Shown: in pieces, positions 26,637-40,089 of the stretch
How the letters are laid out: each line of letters begins with the position of its first letter
Position numbering within the stretch: position 1 is the first letter of the stretch
NCBI RefSeq assembly: GCF_004010195.1
Contig: NC_057755.1
Location: 9,091,306-9,155,305, forward strand
From: Chiloscyllium plagiosum
Taxonomy: Eukaryota
Length of the DNA stretch: 64,000 nt
Direction of reading: 5' to 3'
Made by a program: the position numbers and the translations under genes
The notes under the pieces: model-generated
Seen by the model: the letters and a program-made list of their open reading frames with translations, nothing else
The model's database searches: none
Told to the model about the DNA's origin: nothing

Positions 26637-26835
26637 TTTTCTGAGGAGGGATAATTTCTTTTCGATGTGAGAGACTCAGACAAGAGCTCACCAATGCCAG
26701 AGGAGGCATTTTCTATTTATCTGTTCGCACGTCCTCAAAGGAATTGACGAAGTCTATTTTGAATGAACAGTGGGCGTATGCTTTTCACAGTTAAACTCAC
26801 ATGAATGGTTTTGCTTTGATCAATCCCATGAACAC
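26637..26835 (-). promoter_or_regulatory. Conserved upstream (5' UTR/promoter) block shared with 42143-42335
   Basis: Colinear motifs gatgtgaga, tgccagagg, cctcaaaggaatt (97 nt from the ATG in both genes), tctatt..gaatgaa and tcaatc.catg. Confidence 0.55.
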
Positions 26836-28139
26836 ATATCATTTAAGTTCTTGTTGAAACAAATAATCAATGAAAGGAGAGGGCAACTGAGGTGATTAGA
26901 AATAACACCGTGCATACTAGCTGCAAGAGTAGAGTGCTTGGCAACTTGAACCTTTTCTGAATGAAATATGGTCACAGCACATCTGGTATCCCTCACATCC
27001 ACTGTCCTGCCTCTTCCGAGTATCCAATGATTCTCCAACTGGTCAAACATCAGTCTCTCTCTCTCAACGTTAAATATACGCAAGGCGTCTGCCCCCAGTG
27101 TTGCGTATCACAACGAGTTGCAACCACTCACAACTTACGAAGAGAAGAAAACCCTTTTCATTTCACTCTTAAATCCGTGCCCATTAATTCTGGCATGATG
27201 TTTTGTGGTCAAAACCTCTTTGATGGAGAAGGGAGGGAGGAGGGAGAATACCTTCCCAGGATTAACCCTCTAAGTCCCTTTCGGAATCCTGTAGCCTTCA
27301 ACAAGATCACCTCATATTTATATCAACTCCAGTGAATAGATTCCCAACCGATTTAAACTTTACATCATCAAAAGTTCACACCTAAATATTTTTAAAATGT
27401 TACTTAGCTCTCTACCTCTAGCACGCTCACAGACAGCGATTTACACTTTCACAATATCCTCTGGGTTTAAAAATAAACATATTTCTGCTCACATCTCCTT
27501 TAAACATTCATCACCTTAGCTTTAATCAATGCCCCCGATATTGATAGCTCAATGACAAGGAGTAGGTTGCGTATGCCTTCACTCTCTATTCCTCTCACGT
27601 TTGATGCTTCTCAAGTATGTCCCCTCTCAATCTCCTCTGATCTAATGAAAACAGTTCATCTTGTCTAATCTCTCATCATAATTTAAATTCTCCAATGTCT
27701 TGAGAAATATCTTCTACGCAAACTCAAGTTCTATCCTGTGCTTCTTAAAATGTAGATTCCAGAGCTGCCCAATATATTCGAGCTCTGGCTTTCTGGACCT
27801 TTCATCCAGTTCTCGCGTATCCTCCCTGCTCTAAATATCATTTGATAAAAACACAGATACCATATGACTTTCCAACAGCAGTATCCACGTGTCCTGTAAT
27901 CTTTAGAGATATGTGCCCATGCAGTGAATATGCAACAAGTTTCCTCTGATACCCATGCTTTCCAGGGTCCGACAATTCATCATGTGTTCACTTTTATCAA
28001 AGATAATAACCAGAAATGATAACTTGATTTCTTTGCATGGATGTTCACCCATCTCCAATAGACTAAGTTTTCATTTCTAATCCTTTTCTTTCTGAGGTTC
28101 AAAGATGCAATTCAAGAAAGTTATCTTGTGCATTTCCTT

Positions 28140-28458
28140 TGCCTTGGGTCAGGACACCGTCAGCTGGGCTGCATTTATTGCCCATCCTTCATCACTCAAA
28201 GGGCAGTTAAGTGACAGCCACTTCTCTCTGCACCCAGACCAGGTACAGACAGCAGTTTCCTTCCCTAAAGGGCAGTAGTGAACCAGATGAGTGTTTTCCT
28301 TTCCTGACAATCTTTTTATCACCAGATTCTTCATTAAAGGTAGTTATTGAATTCAAATTCCACTCTCTGCTATGGTGGGATTCAGACTGCCGTCCACAGA
28401 CCATTACTCTGGTCTCTGAGCTAACAGTCCAGTTATAATAACATTAGGTCATTGGCAT
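28140..28458 (-). mobile_element. tRNA-derived Deu-type (SacSINE1-like) SINE
   Basis: gcatttattgcccatcc, cagtttccttccctaaagg, gaattcaaattccac; related to the + copy at 57695-58040. Confidence 0.65.
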
Positions 28459-28473
28459 TTCATGCATGCCTGC

Positions 28474-30755
28474 GATTTCTTTTGGCCTAATATGCAATTG
28501 TGTTCTCGGCTGCACCTCATCTTTTGTACAATATCTTTTCGTCTTGGGGCACAAATTGCTTTCAAATTTTGTTTTCTAAGTTCATGGAGCACAGGCGATG
28601 CTGCTTGGTTATACAAAGGTAGATACAAGGTGCTATATCACAGGATTTGAAGAGTCAGGTGATTGTTTTTGAGCCAATAAACGTAGATCCTCAAACAAGA
28701 GTGCTATTGAATAGCATTTCTTTATGGCCCAGTTACAAGTGGAGTTCCGCAGGGATCAGTTCTGGGTCCTCTGCTGTTTGTAATTTTTATTAATGACTTG
28801 GAAGGGGGAGTCGAAGGGTGGGTCAGTAAATTTGCAGACGATACGAAGATTGGTGGAGTTGTGGATAGTGAGGAGGGCTGTTGTCGACTGCAAAGGGACT
28901 CAGATATGATGCAGAGCTGGGCTGAGGAGTGGCAGATGGAGTTCAACCCTGTCAAGTGTGAGGTTGTCCACTTTGGAAGGACAAGTAAGAATGCGGAATA
29001 CAGGATTAACGGTCGGGTTCTACGTAAAGTGGAGGAGCAGAGGGATCTTGGGGTCTATGTTCATAGATCTTTGAAAGTTGCCACTCAGGTGGATAGAGCT
29101 TGTAAGAAGGCCTATGATGTATTAGCGTTCATCAGCAGAGGGATTGAATTCAAGAGTCGTGAGGTGATGTTGCAGCTGTACAGGACCTTGGTAAGGCCAC
29201 ATTTGGAATACTATGTGCAGTTCTGGTCGCCTCACTATAGGAAAGATATGAAAGCTTTGGAGAAGGTGCAGAGGAGGTTTACCAGGATGTTGCCAGGAAT
29301 GGAGTATAGGTCGTACGAGGACAGGTTGAGAGTACTAGGCCTTTTCTCATTGGAACGGCGAAGGATGAGGGGTGACTTGATAGAGGTTTATAAGATGATC
29401 GGGGAATAGATAGAGTAGACAGTCAGGGAATTTTCCCCCGGGTACAACAGAGTGTTACAAGGGGAAATAAATTTAAGGTGAAGGGTGCAAGGTATAGGGG
29501 GGATGTCAGGGGTAGGTTCGTTACCCAGAGAATGGTGGGGGCATGGAATGCGCTGCCTGTGGGAGTGGCAGAGTCAGAATCATTGGTGACCTTTAAGCAG
29601 CAATTGGATATGTACATGGATACGTGCTTAAGCTAGGTTAAATATTCGGCATAACATGTTGGGCCGAAGGGCCTGTTCTGTGCTGTATTGTTCTATGTTC
29701 TATGTTCTATGCGCGGCTGTGGTCGTGTTACTTTCTTCGGGCCAGGGTTTGAGACCTATCTGCTTCAGATGTGTGTTCTAACATCTCCGATTAGAAGAAT
29801 TAGAAGTATCTAAAGTCTTCCAATGCTGCACAATTAACTTGTCTTTTACTTTTTGTCTTAATTGTATATGAGCGTGAACATATAGTTTATATGGCAGTTT
29901 GTTCCATGAGAAACATATGTAATATCGGAGTTACTGGAAGTGCACGGTACCAGGAATATTACATGAATATTAGCGGCATTACAATGAGTGTCGGCTTCCA
30001 ATGTTAATGTGACACCAATTTTATAATTTTAGTCAATGAAGGGTCGTCACTCGACATAATTTCCAGTGTATTAGAACATTAGCACCAGTATCAGATTTCT
30101 CTTGGCCTATTACACAATCGTGTTTTGGCTATACCAAGATAAATTAAAAATCCCTTCATCACTTGTACAACATCCTTTTGTCTTGGGACATAAATTTCCT
30201 TCGGATTTTGTTTTCTAAATTCATGGAGCACAGGCGATACTGCTTGGATATACAAAGTTAGATACAAGGTGCTATATCACAGGATTTGAAGAGTCAGGTG
30301 ATTGTTTTTTAGCCAAGAGAACGTAGACCATCAAACAAGAATGCCATCAAACGGTGTTTCTTTACAGCTTGTGTATGGCAGTGGTCGTGTTACTGTCTTT
30401 GGGCCTGCGTTTAAGGCCTGCCTGCTCCAGAGGTGTGTGATAATATCTCCGATTAGAAGGACTAGAAGTTTTTAAAGTCGTCTATTGCTGCACAACCAAC
30501 TTGCTTTTTACTGTTTCTCTTAATTGTGTATGAGCAGACCATACAGTGTATATGGCAGTGGATTCCATGACAAGCATAAGTAGCATTGGAGTTATTGGAT
30601 GTGCATGATACCAGGAGTAGTGGATGAACATTAATGGCATTACAATGAGTGTCGGCTTCCAATTTTGATGGGACATCAGTTTGCAATGTCAGTCAATGAA
30701 GGTCGTCACTCGACACAATTTGCAGTGTAACAGAACGTCAGCACCAGTATCAGAG
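28474..30755. repeat. Tandem duplication of a ~660-bp unit (copy A 28474-30093 interrupted by a CR1; copy B 30094-30755)
   Basis: Long shared blocks, e.g. agatacaaggtgctatatcacaggatttgaagagtcaggtgattgttttt and ggcattacaatgagtgtcggcttccaat. Confidence 0.9.
28726..29710 (+). mobile_element. Young 5'-truncated CR1 LINE (RT C-terminal half, 3' UTR, (TTCTATG)n tail)
   Basis: GVPQGSVLGP and KFADDTK motifs, long open frame 28798-29409, terminal gttctatgttctatgttctat. Confidence 0.93.
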
Positions 30756-32769
30756 GAACAGAGACTTTTCTGGTGCGACATGGGGCGCACAGGTAGCAGG
30801 CGTTTTTGGAGTACATATAGTGGGCGGGAAGACAAAGCTGTGACTGTTAATGTAAGGACCACAGGAGCTTAGGCCCACGCAGAGGCCATTCAGCCCGTTG
30901 AGCCTGTTCTGTCATTCAGTGAGAGCATATTTGGTCTGCGGTCTCACTCCACATACCTGCTTTCGTCTCATTTCCACAAATATTTTGCTGAGCACAAAAA
31001 GTCATTCCTCTCAGATTTAAAATTACCAAATTATTGCGTACCCATTGCTATTTATGGAAGAGCATTCAAAAATGCCTCCGCATTGTGTACAGAAATACTT
31101 CTGAAAATCCCTCTGAGCAGTTGGATGCGAATTCTCAGGTGGTGAACCTTAATGTGTAAAAAGCGAAGAGTGCAAGCGATTCATTTTCATATATTATCTG
31201 CATTTCCCTGTTCATAACTTGGAAATTTCCATTTATATCATGAAGACTTCAATTAGAATATAAAATTCAAAATCATTGGGGAAACATGATGTATCTTCCT
31301 AGCAAAACTTTGATGTCCGGATTAACCCTATGTTATACTCTCTCCAAAAACCAAGCTGTCCTTCATATGGTGTCATGCACAGATCTGCGTAGAGTGCTCC
31401 GAGATTGGTCTAAATTGGGCTCTGTCTACCTGCAACATTTTATACCTCATTCTCAAAAAAAGACCAAAATCCTCGTAACCCCTGGATCATTTTCTGGACT
31501 GGTTTGTGTATTTTAAAGATCTAGGCATGCGAAGCATGACATCTCACGATTGTTTGTCGAATTACACTTGAATACACAGGAACAGAAACAAAACTTTGAC
31601 AGTATCAGGGTACACAGAAGACTCTAACAGTGAACAGGTAGACCATTTGGTCCATTGTGGCTGAACCAGATCTCTCAGCATTTTGGCATCAGGTCAATGT
31701 TGCTATTTACTGAATCAATCAATGCTTTACTGAATGTGTCAGTTGAAAACCCCTTCAGCATACATACAAGGAATGTGTTGGATTATGCCTAAAGGACTGA
31801 AGATGACAAGACCATTAAAAAAGGATCAGGAGAAGGCCATTCACCTACTCAAGCAGGCTAAACCTTCATTACTATCTTGGCTGGTATCAAACGTGTCATG
31901 TCCATTTTTGTGTATTTGACACATAACCCATGAATTTCTATATTTTGCGTGATTCTTTTTCTCACCACACATTTGCACCTTTTAATAAATAGTTTCAATC
32001 GTTTCCTTGGTACTTTTTTACTTTTACTTTATGTGAGTGGAACAACTTCCCCCTATCTGCATTCTCCAAGCTGACCAGTATTTTGATATTTCAATCATGA
32101 CTCCACTGAGCCTTCTCCTCTCTAAAGGAAACAGCCCCAAATTCTCCAATCAATGCCCAGAATAAGAGGTTTTCATCTTCGAACAATTCTTCTCAACCTT
32201 CTCTGCTCTTACTTTAATGTCTTCACATGCTTTGTAAATGGAGTAAAGATCTGGAAATGGTTCTATCACTGAGACCTAATAAATGCCTTACAGAAGTCTA
32301 TCATAAAATAATTGCTCTTGTAATCCCTGCCCTAGGTAATGAAGCATAGATACTGCATGCGTTTCAAAGAGATCTCTCAACCTACCACCTTCAGGAATTC
32401 ATATAAGTGCGGATCCAAGCCTCTTTAAACATGCACCTCCGTTAGAATTGCAATTCTTGCTTAATACTCTCTTGCAATGTTCATTGGACTGAAATGTACC
32501 ACCTCAGACTTATCCCGCTTTTGTCTTGGTTCCAATCTCTTGGCATTTCCCTTTAAATATGGACACTGCTTGTGTTTGATTAATCATCTAGTGCCATCTT
32601 CGATGCCTCAACACTCACAGGCAGAGCTTTCTATTTGCTAACTGCACACAATCTGGAAAAGGTCCTTGTTTCTTACTTAACTCCCTTCCACTTTCTATCT
32701 CAACTGTGGCCACACGGCCCTGCCATGTGTCAATCCATGTCTGAATGGGTGCACATTCTCTGATTGGGG

Positions 32770-32980
32770 AAAATAAGGAGTGCATTGCTGGCGATCAGAG
32801 TCGGGAGTGTGGTACTGGCAACGCAGAGCAGGTCAGGCAGCATCTGAGGAGCGGGACAATCGACGTTTCGGTCATAAGCCCTTCATCAGCAATTCCAGTT
32901 TATTACCAAAACGTCGATTTTCTTGCACCTTGGATGTTGCTTGACCAGTGGTGCTTTTCCAGCACCACATCCTCGATACT
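32770..32980. mobile_element. Older palindromic hammerhead-type Penelope-derived element
   Basis: Inverted arms. The minus arm reads CTGATGA-agggcttatgacc-GAAACGTC. Confidence 0.75.
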
Positions 32981-33394
32981 TTCTCCCCATCTATTCTGGC
33001 CAGGCTTAACGAATCTCTGCTTAGGTTATTTTTCTTTAACTTCTGGGAAACCAGCCTCGTCTACTTGCACTGATCTTTCTCAGTCCTGGAAACCTTAGAA
33101 ATCACCTCACCACTCGTCCAAGTGCATTCCCTTTGCGCCTAAAATATGTTGATTCGACCTATGATACTCCAGTTAAGTTACAGCTCGCACCTTTGATAAG
33201 TTAATTTTAATCAGTTTGCTGTTACTTCAACTCTCCCTCTATTTCCGTTCTACTACGTTTCATGACTTTATGCACATGCACACCCAAATTTCCATGTTCC
33301 TGAACTTCCTTTAGAACCTTTGACGTTACAATATATAGTCTCTCCATATGCTTTGTCCAAAACTACACCAGCTCACACATGTCCACATTGAACC

Positions 33395-33575
33395 AATATC
33401 ATCAAAGACACGTCCAATCCTGGTTATAATCTCTCCCACCTTCTTCTGTCAGGCAGAGGATCTAAACGTTTAAATACATTCACGAGCACATTCAAGAACA
33501 ACTTCGTCCCTACAGTTTTCACAATTTTGAGCGCACCTCGCAAAAGTTAATATTTCTCTCTCTCTCTATCTCTCC
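33395..33575 (+). mobile_element. Rex1/Babar-like LINE 3' fragment
   Basis: Translates to IIKDTSNPGYNLSHLLLSGRGSKRLNTFTSTFKNNFVP, resembling the Rex1 ORF end, followed by a CT-rich tail. Confidence 0.6.
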
Positions 33576-34230
33576 AGATTCAGCAACCAGGAGGAGAAAC
33601 AGTGCCTGTACTATCAAAGCAATTCGGAATTGTTCTTCAGATTCTCGTTGTTCTCAACTTCATACAGATAGTTCCACTTTCTTCAGTTTTTTATTGCTAA
33701 AGAGTGCTCTCACGCCATGGACAAACCTGTCGAGCCGTCATTCCCAAAGCTATTGGATTCTAAAGATCTACGTTGTTCGGAAATGTAAGTGTCCAAGTGA
33801 ACTCTCGGAACTGTGTCAAAATGGCTGTCTTCTCATCCACCTGTAAGATGATGTAAAAACCTTTTGTTTGCCACTTTGAGTGTGGTCCATGCACCCAAAT
33901 ATTTCACCGTCAACCTGCAAGTACGCACAAAATCCGCTGAACAACAACATTCACAAGAAACATGTCTTATGAACAACATTGTGGCTTCATATTCACACTC
34001 TCAAAGTGAATGGCGTAACCACAAAAGCAGAACACCAGGAAACGTGTTCCTTTCCATTTCTCTGCTGAGTTCTGAAGAGGAGTCACGACCGGGTTTGATA
34101 TTAACTTTTGTGTCTCTTCTCAAATACTCCTAGACCTGCCAAGTCTCACTTACACTTTGTAATGATTAACTTGGCACTTCTACACTACATACATTGTGTG
34201 GCTTTTGTTTTATTTTTGTTCACTCACTGA

Positions 34231-34653
34231 ACTTTTTTATGCCACTTTGCAAACTTCCTCGTCACTTTGTGTTGAGCATTGTCAGCAAAACTAAATGCAT
34301 TCGTGCGTCTTTCTTCATCCGAGTAATCAATGTGTTATGCTATGACTGAAAACCCAGCAATGTTCCTTGCAAAACTCAAAAGGTATTAACTGATAATCAA
34401 AATGCTGAGTTTACCCGAGCAACCTATTCTCAAATTACTTTTATGCCACTTTGCAAACTTTGTAACTTGCTCGTTGAGCTTTTTGTTGAGCATGGTCAGC
34501 AAAACTAACTGCATTCGTGCGTCTTTCTTCATCCGCGTAATCAATGTGTTATGCTATGACTGAAAACCCAGCAATGTTCCTTGCAAAACTCAAAAAGTAT
34601 TAACTGATAATCAATATGCTGAGATTACCCCAGCAACCTATTCTCAAATTACT
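34231..34653. repeat. Tandem duplication of a ~210-bp unit, probably old LINE RT-derived
   Basis: Two near-identical copies of tgcattcgtgcgtctttcttcatccg...caacctattctcaaattactt. Confidence 0.9.
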
Positions 34654-36411
34654 TACACTGCCGTTCCAGCTGGCTTCCCCCTCCCCCCCCAAACTGTAAG
34701 GCAAAACCTTGAGAATAACCCGTGCTGTGTCTCTTATTTCAGAACTTGCTGACGTTGTTGCACACATTAATTCACTTTTGGCATCCTAATGTAGTCCTCA
34801 ATACCTGGTATTTAACTGTGTGACATACCTTGTAAAGAGACATTTTTAAAAATCATGCACTTTAAAGCATGAAATCTTGCAACGTGTAATCGTGCTAAGG
34901 GGTCGTTCATGCCTTTCTTTAAATCTTATTTGATATCACCCTTCAATATTGTGAAACAGATCAGCCGTTACTGTGTTGAGTGAAGGGCCATTTACGAGGC
35001 TCAAAGAGTTGACACCTCCTCCTTCACCTGCTCATGGGTTCAGATGTTACATATACTTGTGTCTTGATCGCTTATTCCCTCTGGACCCTTTTCTCTCAGA
35101 TTGCAAATAAAGCGATTATTGCGAAATACTGCTTCCCCCCAGCTCCCCCCAAGGTGATTACACAACGGGTTGTTTCGTAATGTTCTCGAAATAGATAAAA
35201 TCAACAAACTGCTCTACTTGATCATTTTTGTACAAAATAATTCGGTCAAATGGTGTGCAGATTAACATCCTGCGCAATTGCCACGTTTCCATTCTCACTT
35301 ACACTATTTTGCTGTTGAATTCTCTGTCCAACTGTATCAACTGTTGTTAGCAAGACAGGTGTTAGAGAAGAAGTACACAAGTCTTTCCTTGGCCCTTTAT
35401 TACTTGAAATCGCCTTCATTCTTTGATCTCCTAAAACCCAAATGTTTTCACACTGATGCTCTTATATCATTGTTCAGGTTATTCCTTGACCTTTTTCATT
35501 CAGCTTCCCTTTTTTCAAAGGCAATATATCTCGAAAGTCTAGTTCCTAAACTTGGAGAAGAACAATTGAAGGGTTTATTGTGTTAAAAGCTGTAATCTGA
35601 ATGCATGTTTTTGATGATACCATTGTTACTCTGCGTCTCCAAAGGCAATTGGATTTAAACATTTTCTTTCTCCTCTGTGCCATTAATGCACTTTTCTTGC
35701 TATAATTTAAACTCACATTGTCAACCTTTGAGAGCGTTTAAATGCGTTTACTCATTTTCTGAGATACTATTTTCACGGATTTCTCAGTCCTTCCTGATCC
35801 ATGCTCTCTGCAGTTTTCCACATATCTGTCAATTTATGATTAGTAAGCTCTCGTTGTGTTCCAGGATCTCTCTGCAAACAAATACTTCGAATCATTATTT
35901 TTGTTTAAAACTACTTTTGTCACACCAGTTACATAATTTGCCGAGATATTGATCTCAATGAGACTTAACTCAAGCCCATTCTAAGGGAATTGTTTTGAGT
36001 ATCCTAAGGACATTTGGCAGTGAGACAATACTTGATTCAGTCAAGATAAAGAGTTTTACTTTTGTACTCCTGTCAAGAATGATATAAACTATCTCTATCA
36101 TTGTTATTGAATGATCTGAAACAAGAATCTACCTAATACATTTATTATTCCACAAGGGGAAAACGTTAGTTAACATCACAGAAAGAAAGTGTGCAAGTGA
36201 AGTAGGTGCTGAAGAAGGGAAATAGCGTGTTAGCCTTCATAGGGAGAGGATATGAATATCTGAACACAGACACTGTGCTGGAAATATACAGGCATTAGTG
36301 AGACCACGCCTCGAATAATGTGCACACTTTCAGTCTGAGGAAGGATATTGTTGCGATAGAGGGAGTGCAGCGAAGCGTTCGTGATCTGATTCCTAAGGTT
36401 GACTTGTGAAT

Positions 36412-36700
36412 ACATGGTGGCTCAGTGGTTAGCAATGCTAACCCATAGCGCCGGTGACCCGGCTCGGCGACTGTCTGTGTGGAGTTTGCACATTCTCCCT
36501 GTGTCTGCTCGGGTTTCCTTCTGGTGCTCCGGTTTCTACCCAACACTGTTGGGAGGTGGATTGGCTGTGCTAAATTACCCATTGTGTTTGGGAAAATAGA
36601 GGGGAGAGGAATGGGTCTGCGTGGTTCATTCTTCGGACGGGTGTTGTGGACTTGTTGGTCCGAAGGTCCTGTTTCCATACTGTAGGGAATTTAATCTGAA
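36412..36700 (+). mobile_element. HE1/V-SINE-type SINE
   Basis: A-box head ggtggctcagtggttagc, V-domain gtggagtttgcacattctccc, CR1-like tail. Confidence 0.85.
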
Positions 36701-37479
36701 GAAATTCGAGATCAATTCCAAATATATTCGCTGGTGTGTCAGGCAATGAAGCTGGAATCCCATATTCACCTATGAACTTCTAACAGGACTAGGTAGAGTA
36801 CATATACGAAAGATGTTATTTCCTCCGATGTTACAGATCTGATCCATCGTTTATATGCTGGTATTGCTTCACTGTGTTCGGACAAAGTTCTTTCTGAGGT
36901 GTCGTTTTCTTAACCTGTTTAATTACTTTGTCAGGACCACTGACTTTTTGAGGTTCTCGTAAAAAGGGAACAAAGTAAACAATTTTTGATATGTTCACAA
37001 TTAATGTCGGTTACCATCCAAGTCCTTCAGTTTTACACGTGGATTGCTTGTTTCTCTGAGCTTGTTAAATTTTTCACGTTTGCGTCATTCCGCCCAGAAG
37101 TAGAAGACACAAAATGCAAAATTGATGAATACTCATTTTGTTCTAAAATCTTTCTTTGAACAACACAAATAGATCCACTATTTTCCGAACAAAAACCGCA
37201 AGATCCATTTCAGAGAGTCTGCCAACAAATAAGTGAGCATCCATCCTGTTATCCCAATGTTTCTCTTGTGGAAACAGATCGAGCAGTTCAGTCCTCTACG
37301 CAGTGAAAATTTGAAGAATGATAGCTGATCTAAGTGAGGGATATAAGATTATTGAAAAGCAGATGTGGAATCGATGTTTCCTTCTGGAATCCAGATATTG
37401 AAGAAAGAGGCCATTCGACTTTCAGGTCTGCACCAACACTGTCATGAGCACTGTTTTTTTTTTACCATAGCAATCAGAC

Positions 37480-37640
37480 CAAGCCTGAACACCCCTGAAC
37501 GCTGTGTACAAATTAGCATGGCCAATCCAGTTAACCTGCGCTCCTTTACACTGTGGGTGGGAACGAAAATACCGAATGGAAAGCCTCAGAGACATGAGAA
37601 GAATGAACATGTTAAAGCAGGGAAACGCCAACAGTAAACA
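37480..37640 (-). mobile_element. Degenerate HE1/V-SINE fragment
   Basis: ttagcatggccaatcca..taacctgc is the reverse complement of the SINE body. Confidence 0.55.
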
Positions 37641-38999
37641 TTTAGCCTCTGTCGCTGGTGAGGCATAAAAATGGTGCTTATTCCTTTGGTCAATGCTTCC
37701 TCTGACCGCCCTGATTAATTTTTTAAAACAGATATCCAACAACACTAAAACCAAAGTGTGTTCCTTATTGCAGAAAATGTATCAGATTGTAGCAGGAGAT
37801 GTATCTTCTGTGAATGAACACAGCGTCTTTACAGTTTGAGATCAGAAATGGTTTACACAAAGGGACAGAGAGGACAGAGCTGACTTGAGCAGACAAGTCA
37901 GAAAGACCATGTGACAAAGTTCAGTCCAGTGAAAGAACAGTTAAAAAGTTGATATTGCCATTTAACAGCACAATGCCCTGTGTCTGTCACAATCAGAGTG
38001 TTACTGGTGAACATCATCAGAACTACTCCAATACTCCAATTGTAAAGAGGAGCCAGACATATTATGAGGATTCTGCATTGAGTAACTTCCTAGCCCTGCA
38101 GCAATGCCACAATAGTTCCACAGTTCCCCGCAACCCTCCCAGTCAATGTTACAATTCAGGACCTGACCTTGAAATCAATGTGGCTGTTAGTTTAGGGATC
38201 AGTAGCTTGCTTTGTATGTATTGAAGGTGAATTGCGTGACTACACGCAGTGGCTCAGAAAATAGAACAAACTTGTTTTTAATGGATTAAACAAATAAGAT
38301 AACATTTGTATTGTATAATTGTGTGTGCATATGTGTGCGCGCGCGTGTGTGTGTATGTGTGTTTGTGTGTAAATATGCATATATATATAGATATCTACTT
38401 CCATTCAGTAATCTTTGAATTTATTTGGACTTCAAACATGGCTGACAATTTAGAAAGAATTCAATGAACAGCGGAAAGGAGCAAATTCTCCAAGTGGAGT
38501 GGGTTGTCCACGAGAGGGTAGCAATGTTTCACATTCAGCACATCTCTCTCGGCCACTCTGGCCCTAATCCCAGGATTATGCTCCATTGTTCTAGACTCTG
38601 TACAAGGTGGAAATAGTTCATCGACCCTGTTTTTTCTTTCTTTTTTTTCTCTGCCACACTAAATGGTTGAGAACAAAACATTCAATATTTTCAAGGAGGC
38701 AGATATTTTTCTGAGAACAAAATGGACAAATGAGCGTGGAGAGAAAGTGGTCATATGATTTTATGCTTTATGCTATCTCTAATTGTTTTTGACGCATTTT
38801 TGAGGGGTTTATTAGTGGATCAAGTTGTGTTTGGACGTATAAAAAATGCCACATTAAATTCATGTCTAGTTAAATAATCCCCTTTCAAACTTGTAATTAT
38901 ATCCAAATGCTGTTCGGTTTTGGTTGCTAAATTATGTCTCTTTTTTCCTTCTAATTACAGTGTGCTTGACCAAGATGCAAAACGTTGGGAATTGTATAC

Positions 39000-39748
39000 T
39001 ACATCTTGTCTTCAATGCAAACGTTTTTACGTTCGATTGTTTTAATTGGTGACATTGTGTCCTCGTTATGACTATGTCTGGAATATAAAACTCCCAGGAT
39101 ATATGTCGTGCGACTTTTCAGTTGCCCAAGTTTCCACTGGCTTTTCAAACACAGTGGGCCGCAGTCCCATCTGTGAACCAGCTCTATCATTACCAAGCAT
39201 AAATTGGAGTCCTGGAGTTGAGAGTTTGTCCAGTCGTCCTACAATGATTTCTCCACATTTTACTGGACACTTTAACCGCATTTTACATAATTGTGTGCTT
39301 CTTGTCTCACCGTGAATTCTCATTACCAGCGCGTTTTCTGGCAAATGCCTTTCAGAAGTACATATTTCCTTGTCTTCCAGGATCACGGATTGAAAGGATT
39401 CTGCATTGTTGCCTCTTTGTCTGCTGCTCCTAGTCTATGCGTATAACATTTACCTTCGTAGTTATATGGTTTAAGAATATCTGGCACTTCATTCTCACAC
39501 TACTGCTAAAAAACAAAACAAACTAGAGAAGAAGCTGAGCTGGGAGAACTGGACAGTCTCCTTTCATTGTGCAACTGTTTTTCCCCTCAAACACGTGAGC
39601 CTTTTTTGCCTGAGACAGATTCTGTAAGCTATAATCAAATTTGCCCTAAAACCCTTCAACATAGACTTTTCAGAATCTCTGCCTTTTACGACATCTCTGA
39701 AGAAAAAACAGGTCAACATACCCTTGTTAAAGGAGCAGCATCGTCACA
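39000..39748 (-). mobile_element. Gmr1-like LTR retrotransposon fragment (protease region plus partial LTR 39500-39748)
   Basis: Protease-type C-terminus IVGRLDKLSTPGLQFMLGNDRAG. The LTR segment is homologous to 45085-45323. Confidence 0.65.
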
Positions 39749-40089
39749 CTTTACATTTAAGCAATTTCCTCAATTAAACTCGAACACAACGTCTTACATT
39801 TACCTTTAGATTTACAAAAACTGAGCGCCTGGACTTCCTTCTAAATTTATTATCAGAGAGTTTTGAGTGCTCCACGAAATATGGGAGTGCTTAAATATGA
39901 AGGAAAATTTTTATCATCCGGTAACAATGACTAGGCTAATGAAATGTGGAATATCACAGACATCACGTTATTGCTGCATGCCATATCTGAGAGTAACACT
40001 GACATTGTTTTATCTCCCCGTGATGCAGACATGACAAATTAATCACAATATCATGCAAATCATTTCTGAACTATGATCCCAAAGTCAAC

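Noticed and set aside
34075..34160. ctgaagaggagtcac... as an additional hammerhead
   Set aside because: The GAAA box and stem II are not recoverable; at most a heavily decayed Penelope pLTR.
37949..38224. 91-aa ORF in apparently unique sequence
   Set aside because: Non-ATG start, no recognisable domain and no consistent splice frame.
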